Source: Asterias rubens
Lineage: Eukaryota
Reading direction: 5' to 3'
Assembly: GCF_902459465.1 (NCBI RefSeq)
Contig: NW_022985697.1
Span: forward strand, 434,001 to 498,000
DNA: 64,000 bases
A model generated the notes under the pieces. The model searched no databases. It was not told where the DNA came from and worked only from the letters and a program-made list of their open reading frames with translations. Below are positions 11,690 through 21,400 of this stretch, in pieces (position 1 is the first letter of the stretch; every line of letters starts with the position of its first letter). The translations under genes and the position numbers were made by a program.

Positions 11690-12404
11690 TTAAAGGCAGT
11701 GGACACCTTTGGTTATTGTCAAAGACTAGCCTTCACAGTTGGTGTGTCTCAACATATGCATAAAATAACCAACCTGTAAAAATTTGAGCTCAATCAGTCA
11801 TCGAAGTTGCGTGATAATAATGAAAGAAAAATAACCCTTCTCACACGAAGTTGTGTGCGTTTAGATGGTTGATTTCGAGACCTCAAGTTCTCAATCTCAA
11901 ATTCGTGAACAAATTACATCTTTCTCGAAAACTATGGCACTTCACAGGGAGCCGTTACTCACAATGTTTTATACTATCAACCTCTCCCATTACTTGTAAT
12001 CAGGAAAGGTTTTATGATAATAATTATTTTCAGAAATTACCAATAGCGTCCACTGCCTTTTAAGACACTTACACTTTTGGTAATTGTCAAAGACCAGTCT
12101 TCTCACTTGGTGTATCTCAACATATGCACAAAATAACAAACTTGTGAAAATTTGAACTCAACTGGTCTTCGAAGTTGCCAGATGGAAGAAAAAAAACACC
12201 CTTGTCACACATACCATGTAGTTGTGTGCTTCGAAATAATATTTAAGTGGAAAATAGCTTCTTTCTTTGAAACTACATTACTTCAGAGGGAGCCGTTTCT
12301 CATAATGTGTTATACTATCAACAGCTCTCCATTGATAGTTAACAAATAAGTTTTTATGCTAACAATTATTCTGAGTAATTACCAATAGTGTCCAGTGCCT
12401 TTAA
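11690..12404. mobile_element. Two adjacent TTAA-flanked (Kolobok-like) MITEs
   Basis: Copy 1: TTAAAGGCAGTGGACAC...GTCCACTGCCTTTTAA (11690-12063). Copy 2 begins at that TTAA (aagacacttacacttttggtaattgtcaaagac) and ends GTCCAGTGCCTTTAA at 12404. Confidence 0.8.
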
Positions 12405-12904
12405 TCACCGACCAGCGGGAATTCAGATTTTCACGCTCACTCTCGTGATTAATCCAAGACTTAAACCCACGCAAAAACATGAAAGATTTCTCTTTTAACA
12501 AAATGTGACTTTGGTTCCTTGTGAATCGGCCGCAAGTCACAGTTATGCTGAAAACTGCGACTGACCTCCCATCCTGAACACAATGGTAACAGTCAAACAA
12601 TCTCTCTTAATACTTAATTGTCAAACAAAAGCACGAAGGCCTCGGATTTGTGTTTATGCATCCCCCCCTCCCAAAAAAAGGAAGATATCTAGAGCTTAAA
12701 AATGTCAGAACCGTCTTTGTGAGGAAAGCATAGCATAACACTTGAGTGCATCCACTTAGCATGCTATGCCATGTAATGCCTATATGCCACGTACGGGCGT
12801 GTTTACAACACTTGCCGTAGCATCCCCCTGGACACGTTGTGTGTCAGGGAGTTCGTTTCTTGTATACACGCCTTCCAGTGGGTAGTGGTTGAGTAGAGTG
12901 TGTC

Positions 12905-12975
12905 AGCTCTGAAAAGGAGCGGATTGGTTCTTTCTATGTTTCAACTAGTGTCCTCATTAATCGTCATCAGGAGAA
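12905..12975 (-). mobile_element. Decayed Penelope-type element end with a minimal hammerhead-ribozyme-like core
   Basis: Minus strand TCTC-CTGATGA-C-GATTA-(10-nt loop)-TAGTT-GAAAC-ATA-GAAAG. The flank ctgaaaagga..gg.ttgg is shared with 55037-55085. Confidence 0.4.
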
Positions 12976-14397
12976 TTGTTTTCTCTCAGAGAAGCACATT
13001 CTCTGATTATGCGCATTTGCGTTTCAAACAATCTGGTGTGGGTTTAAAGTTGTTAAAACAACCAGCTGCAAAAGCAGTAGATAAAACAGCTTAAAGCTCC
13101 AAAAGTACATGCAATAAGAAATCCCAAACAAGCTTAGTGATGCTTCAAGCTGTGCATGGTGTGCAAAATAAGAAGTCTCAATAAGTAGTCAAATTGAGGG
13201 TTATCTCTTTTGGGATGAGTGATGGCTCTGAACTGAAGAAGGTTGGTGTGATCAAGACAAATACTACTAGACTCATCGAGTTCAAAAAAGGGTAAAATGA
13301 GTCTTCAGAAGACATGCTTATTCATCACTGCAAACAAGTATTAATGGCTCACATTTCAGTAGCAGGCACTTTTTCAAAGGCTAAATAAATCCATGTACAA
13401 AATTTATGATTTTTACAAAATCTTTGTGAAAATGGCGACCTAGTTACATGAATATCATAAACTTTGATGACAAAAATACTTTAAAAATTATAACAAACTC
13501 GACTGAATATAGTCATCTGTACAATAGAATCGCACATCTTACTGTATTATTAATAATGTGCATTGCCCTTGAGCTCTTAGGATGAAGTTGCATCTATAAT
13601 AATATCCATTATTATTACTGCTATTATCATTCAGCCATGCAATTTGCAGCATATAGAATGTTGTGTAGTTCCGGTTCTATATGTGTACCTATCCCTAAGG
13701 CCAAACTATGTATTTTATATTCTCTCCATACCAAAAGGGAATTTCATCTCTAACCTCCATTCTTGCGATATTAAAAGCTTTGGGCAGTGAGCAAGAAATA
13801 ACAAAAACACTTTTTGGAAGTTCTGCTTTTTTCTCTGTGACCAACAAAGATATGACATTTCAAAAGAAACATTTCATGTTTACTCATTTCATTTAAAAAC
13901 ACCTCCATGCATATAAAGGAAAGCTCCGTTGTGCTGTGGGAATATTCAAGTCATTTTCCCCTCAAGTCGAAATTTAATTAAATTGTTACCAGCCAGCAGA
14001 AACAGTTGGAAAAAAAATGTTACTAAACCTTCACAAAATTTAGTGGCCCAAGAATTGTGTAATGTAAAACTGTTCAGCATCGTTCAAAAAGATTCACCGG
14101 GCTATCAGTTTTGGTGACTATAGTGGCCCACAGACATTTTCACTGGGCTTGGGCCAGCGAGAGAGCGTTACTTCTTGCCCTTGAGTTTTAAAGACCGTTC
14201 CTGTACAAATGGAACTAGATGTTTAATTATACAGCTGATATTATAGAGTCAACAAAATAAAGACAAGTTGTAGAATTGGATTGTTCTTACACAATTCCCA
14301 GGGCGTCACACAGCATTAAGTCAAATTTCTTTATGGGCAACGATACATTTTGTTTTAATGGACAGCTATGCGTGAGGCGTAAATGTAATACATTAAT

Positions 14398-14725
14398 GGC
14401 GTGTCGCTTGAGTGGTTAGATGCCTCGTACTCAAGTCCTTGTGGCTGAGTCGTCAGAGTGTGGGTTCGAATCCCAGTCATGACACTTGTGCCCTTCAGCA
14501 AGATATCATAAGTTTCTCTTCACCCCAAGGGTAAAATGAGTACCTGTGAAGGCAGAGTTGCTACTTGTGAATGATTTAGCTTAATAGTGGGCTTTGACCG
14601 CACAGGTTGTATAATCCCCAGGGAGCTAAAGATGGTCTAAGGGAATGAAATAAATGGCCCAGTGACCAGGGATAATAATGTGTGAAGCGCAATGATCAGT
14701 CTTTGGAATTGCGCTATAGGGACTA
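14398..14725 (+). mobile_element. Near full-length tRNA-derived SINE
   Basis: A-box-like cgcttgagtggttag; B-box GGTTCGAATCC at about 14463-14473; then gtcatgacacttgtgcccttcagcaag and ctcttcaccccaagggtaaaatgagtacc (resembling a Deu-type core from memory). Confidence 0.75.
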
Positions 14726-14848
14726 TAAGAGTCGAATTCACATCAATCCATTCCTTACTGATCTTTATATTTCAACCCCTTCACCTCAGAACAGATATTA
14801 TTCTTATTATGTCTCACTAATTATTATTTGTTTGTTTACTTGTTACAG

Positions 14849-14986
14849 CTGCAGGACCATGACCACGTCTCGTTTGATGCTATAGATGCAGCCAGGGAAT
14901 GGCGCAGTGAGGAAGACATGGCTCAGGAGGCTACCAAACTACGCAAACTATTTCCACAATCCTACACACAAGATTTGTGATGTCAG
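14849..14986 (+). other. Orphan exon (138 nt) with strong splice signals; best frame LQDHDHVSFDAIDAAREWRSEEDMAQEATKLRKLFPQSYTQDL*CQ
   Basis: Acceptor ttattatttgtttgtttacttgttacAG and donor CAG|GTAAAC. Locally raised GC in AT-rich flanks. Frame 0 is open for 43 codons and then TGA; frames 1 and 2 close within 12 codons. Confidence 0.5.
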
Positions 14987-15136
14987 GTAAACCTAATCTC
15001 CGTCTTTCCAAACTCAGGTTTTTTTTAACTATCGAGATTTTAGAAAAAGGAATTTTAAAAACAATTTTAAATGTGTAATTTTATCTAATTTGCGCAACAT
15101 TATGATTAGAGTTATCTAGGCGGATAGTATCGCAAT

Positions 15137-15229
15137 AATGTTTTCATGAGTTGACATACGGGATGTTCCATTCAATGAGTCGAAGCCTTGATGAATAGAA
15201 CCTTCCAACTGTCAATGAAAGAAAACATT
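15137..15229. repeat. Imperfect foldback palindrome (MITE-like)
   Basis: aatgttttc...ttgaca...gagtcgaagccttg...tgtcaa...gaaaacatt. Confidence 0.55.
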
Positions 15230-16665
15230 CTCTCTATTGCCCAAATGAAAAACATTCATTATTTGGTTTATTTAATACCAATATATTTATCCAAGTAGAT
15301 CGTTGTCATTGGGTTGGAAGATAACACTGTCATAAGAATAAACTAAATATTTAAGATTGTGATCTGGCATCCACTATCAGGTTATTTTGTGGTTAATACA
15401 AAGTGTGGTCTAGCGTACAGTAGAAGAAAGGAGGGGACAAAAATTTGGCGCTAATTTAACCGAAATGCATGGTTTATTGGGCAGACCTTGTAGCATGAAT
15501 GACGTGTGACCACCAATCCTCCAATCAACTGACAAGGATCTTGTTATGTGTTCCATTATATAGTGGAGGTGTAAGACAAGACATTGGTAATTTGTAATGT
15601 TTTTAATGATTTTAAATTTCATGTAGATATATACATTTGTTAAATAGTTCAGATGGTTAAACAAAAATTCAGAATATGTTTTATGAAGCGTAGTTCAGTA
15701 CAGAACTTTCACAGGATTAATAATGATGTGAAAGTGCAACAGTCCTAACAACGTCTACACTGCCAACATTGTGTCAATGTAACAAGTGGAGAATCAGGAT
15801 TAGTCACTTTGTGAAACTACAAATGTAACTAAATATTCCTCATCAATATTGCTTTGAGTTTACAGTGATTATTATGTTAAGTATTATTGAGATTATCATA
15901 ACATGGTGTAACCACAAAATTAACTTTCCTATATATTTGTAAAGTATGTGGATAAAATACTGTATGAAAATTGTGTACAAACAACAAAATTGTGTACAAG
16001 TTTTTTTTTTTTTTACGGATTCAAGACTTTATGATAGCGAATGAACCACTGGACTGGGGTAAGGGGACTAATAAACAAATAAATGCAAGATAGTCAAACC
16101 ATTTAAATGACAGTAATGATGAAGCTATAATATGGTAATTCTATCTACTGAAGTACGGTTTATATCTATCTATGGCATGTCCTGTGCAGCCACGGTCTAC
16201 TGCATTGGACTCAAGTTCCGATAGCTTAATCATTGGAGTCTAGGCCAAAATGCTTGGGCCACCCGTTCCTATCATCAGCATATAAGACCATTCCCTGTCC
16301 ACTTCCCACTGACAATAACCATTGTCTCCCTCTCCCACATCCAAGACTCTGGTTCAGGATTCAAATTGGTATCAACAGAAATGATATAGGGAGGAAATAA
16401 ATCACTGGGCGAACACGAATTCAGTAAACGCTACTCACTGTTTACTTTCTGCAATGCATTGCCTCTTTAAGCTAGCATTTTAAAGAATCAATCAAAGTTG
16501 TGAATGCTGATTTGGACACATACAAAACGTGGCTCAGAGGTGATGATGTGATATTGACCAGTTGATATTAAACAAAGTTATTTGGGAAGCTGCCATCACC
16601 ATATGGTTGGATAGAGCACAATGCATGTTGTCAGATCGAATGCTAAGCATTGTTCTGTTGAGGGC

Positions 16666-16710
16666 CCAACACTTCATGCTCCAACACTTCATGCCCCAAC
16701 ACTAATGCTC
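16666..16710. repeat. Tandem repeat, ~15-bp unit x3
   Basis: ccaacacttcatgct ccaacacttcatgcc ccaacactaatgct. Confidence 0.8.
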
Positions 16711-16774
16711 CATTATCAATGATGTCATTTTTGTATTGTATTGAATCTAAATATCATTTTTAGAAAGTATGTTT

Positions 16775-16958
16775 CAGGCCTGTATGCTTCATTTTCGAAA
16801 GGGCACTGAGACATTTTATCCTTGACAATGTAAAGGGAACCTTATGAGGAAATTGTATTTTTGTTTACTGTCGAGCATTTCAAGGGCACCAAGGCAATGA
16901 CCATGGGTCACGGATGCAATGCAATCACCTTTGTTGCCTCCATGAAGTATCAGGCCTG
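16775..16958 (-). mobile_element. CAGGCCTG-bounded MITE, second copy
   Basis: Reverse-orientation relative of 6159-6296, with CAGGCCTG at both ends. Confidence 0.55.
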
Positions 16959-17149
16959 ATATTGTTTTTATAGTTTTATTAGAGCTGTATGTTGGGAGAG
17001 TTGCAAAAACTTGCATGAGGAAGCCATTTTTTATAACAATAAAACCACGGTTTAGTGCACACGGGGGACCAGACTAGACTGCACAATGGGTTGTTCTACA
17101 TTTGAACAGAAATAGGCATCAACAATCACATGACCAAAGAAATTGATAT

Positions 17150-17315
17150 TGTTTTACTGTTTTCTGTTTTACTGTTTTCTCAAAAAGTGAAGCATTTCAT
17201 GGAATAATATTTCAAGGGAAGTCTTTCACCACTACCTTCTGTAAATCCTGTAAGTTATTTGTAAATCTATGAACTTTTTTTTTTTTTCTGTACCGAAAGG
17301 GTCCAATGGCTTTAA
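17150..17315. mobile_element. Right half of a TTAA-flanked MITE
   Basis: aagcatttcatggaataatatttcaag...gaaagggtccaatggcTTTAA is closely similar to 28850-28998. Confidence 0.7.
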
Positions 17316-17844
17316 TGACTCTTAAAAGAACAGATGTGTGTACATTATATATTTTTTGAAGGAACGTTTTTTTTTTAGAATTGGAATAAAACTTTGTAAA
17401 GAATCAATACTAATGACGTTAAGGATTGATTTTTGTTTGCCTGAAGGTGTTTTTAATGTTTACTATAATCCTATTAAATACAAATTAGGGTTGAATCCAG
17501 ATTGATTAAAATGGGGGAAAATACTACCTTCTGGTGTTAAGTTTTGGTTGGCTGAAAAACATTGGGAGGTCAGAACTTATAACAATCGGTGTTCAGAAAG
17601 TGTGTCATGTGTATGTTTCATACAAGTTTATTTTGCAATTTACAAATTTTTAATTCTGATGTGTTTGTAATTGCTGGGCACCTCTGAAATACAGTGTTGT
17701 ACTGAGAGGTTTCCCCAGGGTAAATAAGAAATAAATAAATAAATAAATAAATTGGCAATATTTATTCCTATTGTGGTTTGATCAGGCAACCTTGGTAACT
17801 TTCAAAGACTATTATCTGCACTTCTTATTATTCACAAGAACTTA

Positions 17845-18290
17845 GTGGAAAACCTTTCTGTTCATTGTTTTTTAAACATCAGAGTTTCAGACTCAAGTAA
17901 ACCACCTTAATCACTGTTTTACTGGCTTCTTAAAGACTATATTACGACCCTTCTATTCAACCATGACGCACGCTTTGCTTTATGATTCAACCAAGGGCTT
18001 ACTTTCAAACAGCATTTGACGCAATTGCCACTAAGCTGGAAACAGTTTCACTAGCCTCAAATAAAGTTGTGATGGGGGATCGCAATCACTACAAACTCAA
18101 CCGGGTTTTAACAACATACCATCTGTACTTTATCTCAACAAGCCTACAAGAAACGACGCTAATTAACATGCATATCAACAACTTGGAAACCCTCAACAAT
18201 ATTCTACAGCAAACAATTGACAGACAACTGAAGAAATCAAAACCAACTTCAAAAGTAAATTGGGCCTGGTCGAAGTGCATCCATTGAAAA
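17845..18290 (+). mobile_element. Fossil non-LTR retrotransposon AP-endonuclease fragment (CR1-group, Rex1/Babar-like)
   Basis: Frameshifted motifs in the expected order: VENLSVHC, SEF, KVVMGDRNHYKLNRVL (cf. IxxGDFNxxxLxxVL), KPTRNDA (cf. PTRxxxxLD), QLKKSKPTSKVNWAWS (cf. KLKxxKPxxKxVxxWS). Matched from memory. Confidence 0.5.
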
Positions 18291-18727
18291 AGCTTCAATG
18301 TTAATCGTCAAGTTAAAACCAACAGTTCTTTTCAGAACCACCCCAACTCATTTAGAGATTATCATTACATGGTGTCACCACAAATCTTACTATACAGTTT
18401 CTAATACATTTCTATTGTCACAGTTATCTAATGTAGGCATACCTTATTATCATCAGTGTCTTGGCACCAGGGTCCTCCTCCAGGGTCCTACTTCAGGGTC
18501 CTCATCCAGGGTCTTGACCATAGTTTGAGACAGACGCCCAATGTCTAGTTTTAAAGAAAACAAAATCAAATAATGAATGATTAAGCAATTGATTGCTTTT
18601 GTGTGTTTGATTTATCGGTGAGGGAAAACATCCAGCATTCATGGTTGTTGCTACCCTGCTGTATTCCTGAATAAATGTCAGGAAGGAAACTTGCCTCAAA
18701 TAATACGCAGTTAGTGTACCAGACCAG

Positions 18728-19234
18728 GGGTCGATTTCACATAGAGTTACGACAAGTCCTAACCTAGGACTAGTATACATGTATTATTGACTGGCATGAG
18801 GTAACTAGTGTACGTCTATTCCCCAGAGGGACTTTGAGTCATGCAAGGGCCCGAGGGGGAATAGACCTACACTAGTTACCAAATTATGCCAGCCAATATG
18901 TGTTTTATAACACCCCTCGGTCTTAAATGTGAAATAAGAACAGAAATCTGGAAAAGTAAGGAAGTTTTGTAGTTGCTGTTTACGGTTCAAGTCAAGAGAG
19001 GGCGCTATAATCAGGCACTATTTTCAAAGACAAGTGCCCGTCCGGGTACTATTCCTGCAAAACGCGCGCACGCGATCACTAGACTATATTAGTTCATCCC
19101 ACGTGACCGTGTTTCAGCCAACCAGAATACAGAACAAGCAAGAGGTGCGTTGTAATCTAGGATATAGTCAAAAATTAAGGCTAGTCCTAACTCAAGATAG
19201 GACTATAGGGCTTAGCTCTTAGTGAAATCCACCC
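18728..19234. mobile_element. GGGTCGATTTC...GAAATCCACCC MITE (PIF/Harbinger-like) interrupted by a ~390-bp insertion
   Basis: Termini match the intact copies at 32420 and 59453; flanks are CAG and CTG. The insertion contains a foldback gtaactagtgtacgtctattcccc...ggggaatagacctacactagttac (about 18800-18880). Confidence 0.7.
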
Positions 19235-19249
19235 CTGGTGTGCTTGCAT

Positions 19250-19578
19250 GAGTTGGTCCTTGAAAAGCATTTGTAAACGTTTGTTATAAAAAGCATATGG
19301 TTGGAAAGATGCTTTTAAAGTAGAATAATAATACTAATAATAATACAATGATCCACACAAATATTTTACTCGAAATTGTGTGGTTTTCCTTTTACCTCGT
19401 CGACTTACACAGTCGGCCATTAATGGGAGTCAAATGTTTTTCTCCCATAAATGGCCGACTGTGTTAGTTCGCAAAGCTAAAGGAAAACCACGCAATTTCG
19501 AGGCAAACTTGTGTTGATCTTTGTATTCTACTTTTAAAACATCTTTCCAACCATATGCATTTTAACGTGTTCCTTTAA
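19250..19578. mobile_element. Degenerate foldback TTAA-MITE (family of 26525 and 47145)
   Basis: Central palindrome cggccattaatgggagtcaaa...ctcccataaatggccg; right end aacgtgttccTTTAA. Confidence 0.75.
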
Positions 19579-20197
19579 CCGCTCGGCCACGACACCCAGG
19601 TCTCCTGATCCACAAGAAGAATATGTGAACATTTAAATGTGAATGCCTTTTCATATTAGAGATTGCCTGGAGTTGGTTGCCTGTAAGTTGCTTTGTTTGA
19701 CAAAGGCCTTAATGGTTGTTGGGAGCCTAGTCCCAGTCCTCAATAGAGGTGAGGATTTGGGAGGCTAAGGGTTTAATAGATTCAGGGATGTTTGTTGGCC
19801 TCAAACTAGTGAGGTATTTCTCACTTTCTATACAATGCAAAGCTTTAAAAGTTATCTTTGGAGTTTATAGGTACAGTCCATCAATATTTTAAACTAACAC
19901 AACTGCAATCTCTACAGATACTTTTGTACTTGGTGTTGGTTTTATGTACAACTCGTTTTTGGAGAATGCGGTAGTGTTCTGTCACTACAGGTAATTTATC
20001 AACCTAGTAAAAGTATGTTTATCTTACCTTTTATGTACAGTTTAATCAAGGGATGTATTTTTTCACCGATACACAAATTAGGGTTGTCGGTATTTGCTTG
20101 ATAGAACTAGTGCTTAGTGCTTGTCACTTGGAATCAATCCAGACGAATTATTGCAGTCCTTGAGCTGCTGTTTCAATCTACAGTCATTTCCATTCGC

Positions 20198-20280
20198 CAA
20201 CGCACTGGGCCCACGTATAGTCATCTCCACTGAGGTCCTCCACACTGGGCCCACGTAGTCAACTCCAATAAGGTCCTGCA
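20198..20280. repeat. Tandem repeat, ~37-bp unit x2
   Basis: cactgggcccacgta..gtca.ctcca.t.aggtcct occurs twice. Confidence 0.75.
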
Positions 20281-20589
20281 GGGTTCACCAAGAACCAACT
20301 CATACTTGACAGTCTTGTATAGGAATGAAGATCCTTGCCCAAAGTATATGGCTCCAATCATGGGTAGACCTTTTGGTTTGAAGACAAGAACAAAAAGAAG
20401 GTGATGGAATCGATCTTGAACTTAAAGAACAAGTACAGGATTTAAAAAATAAAATTATAGTTTAAATCTGAAAGCTCACTGTCCGTCAGATAAAAGGCTA
20501 CTGACAAAGTCTGAAAAAATAGCATCTGAAGATGCCACAAAACACCATTGTTTATTAAGTATTAATGAGTATGTGACTTTGATTCCTAT

Positions 20590-21140
20590 ACTCGAACTAG
20601 TGCCTGTACTTTGTTAACCAAGTACAGGCACTAGTATTAGTACACTCAAAATAGTACTTGAGAATATAAGTAAAAGTACAAGTAGTAACCAGGTATAGGT
20701 ATGAGACGGTTTTAAGAAAGACGAGTTCTTGAGTACTTCAGTACAAGTGGAACTGCAAGTGCTAAGCAAGTGCTAACGCAAGTATACAGGTTCCAGTAAC
20801 TCAAAAAGTTTAATTCAGTATTACTCAAGTGAAACTTGTACTAACCGAGTACAAGTAAAAGTACAAGTGATAACCCAGGTACAGGTTTCAGTAAAAGACG
20901 TTTTGAGAAATACAGGTACTTGAGTACTTTAGTGCAAGTGCTATAAACCGAGTACAGACAGTTACTTGAGTACTTTAGTACAAGTACTAACTGTACAAAC
21001 AGGTACTTGAGTACTTTAGTTTAAGTGCTAACTGTACAGACAGGTACTTGAGTACTTTAGTACAAGTGCTAACTGCTAACTGAGTACAGACAGGTACTTG
21101 AGTACAAGTGCTAACTGAGTACAGGTTCAAGTTAAAGTGC
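20590..21140. repeat. Degenerate minisatellite, ~41-50-bp unit, rich in GTAC/AGTACT
   Basis: gagtactttagtacaagtgctaactgtacagacaggtactt is repeated; a hairpin actagtgcctgtactt...aagtacaggcactagt lies at the left edge. Confidence 0.85.
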
Positions 21141-21179
21141 ATTCAAAAACATCACTTGAGTCTGTATCGAAATTTGCTT

Positions 21180-21400
21180 TGTCACATGATTCAAGGTGAG
21201 CTTTTGTGAGAAGACACCAAACACCAGGTTTACCGGGCTGGAGGTTGCTACACAAAAACTTGCCCCAAACATAAATTTTACCTGGCTACTGTTGATATAT
21301 ATAGTCTGATGAGGAATTCAAATGTAAGTGGTAACTATAGTGACTAGCTAGCAAGTCATTGTACCTGTCATTGTTCATATCTAACTCTCTAACAGCTTAG
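21180..21400 (+). repeat. Old dispersed repeat family (gtcacatga...gaggaattcaaatg...gtgact.agcaagtcattgta)
   Basis: Similar blocks at about 25115-25175, 27335-27540 and 52388-52625. Confidence 0.6.

Noticed and set aside
12938-12970. An intact, active hammerhead ribozyme
   Set aside because: The helix III pair is C-A and helices I and II contain mismatches. Kept only as a decayed relic. No intact CTGANGA...GAAAC motif was found elsewhere by eye.
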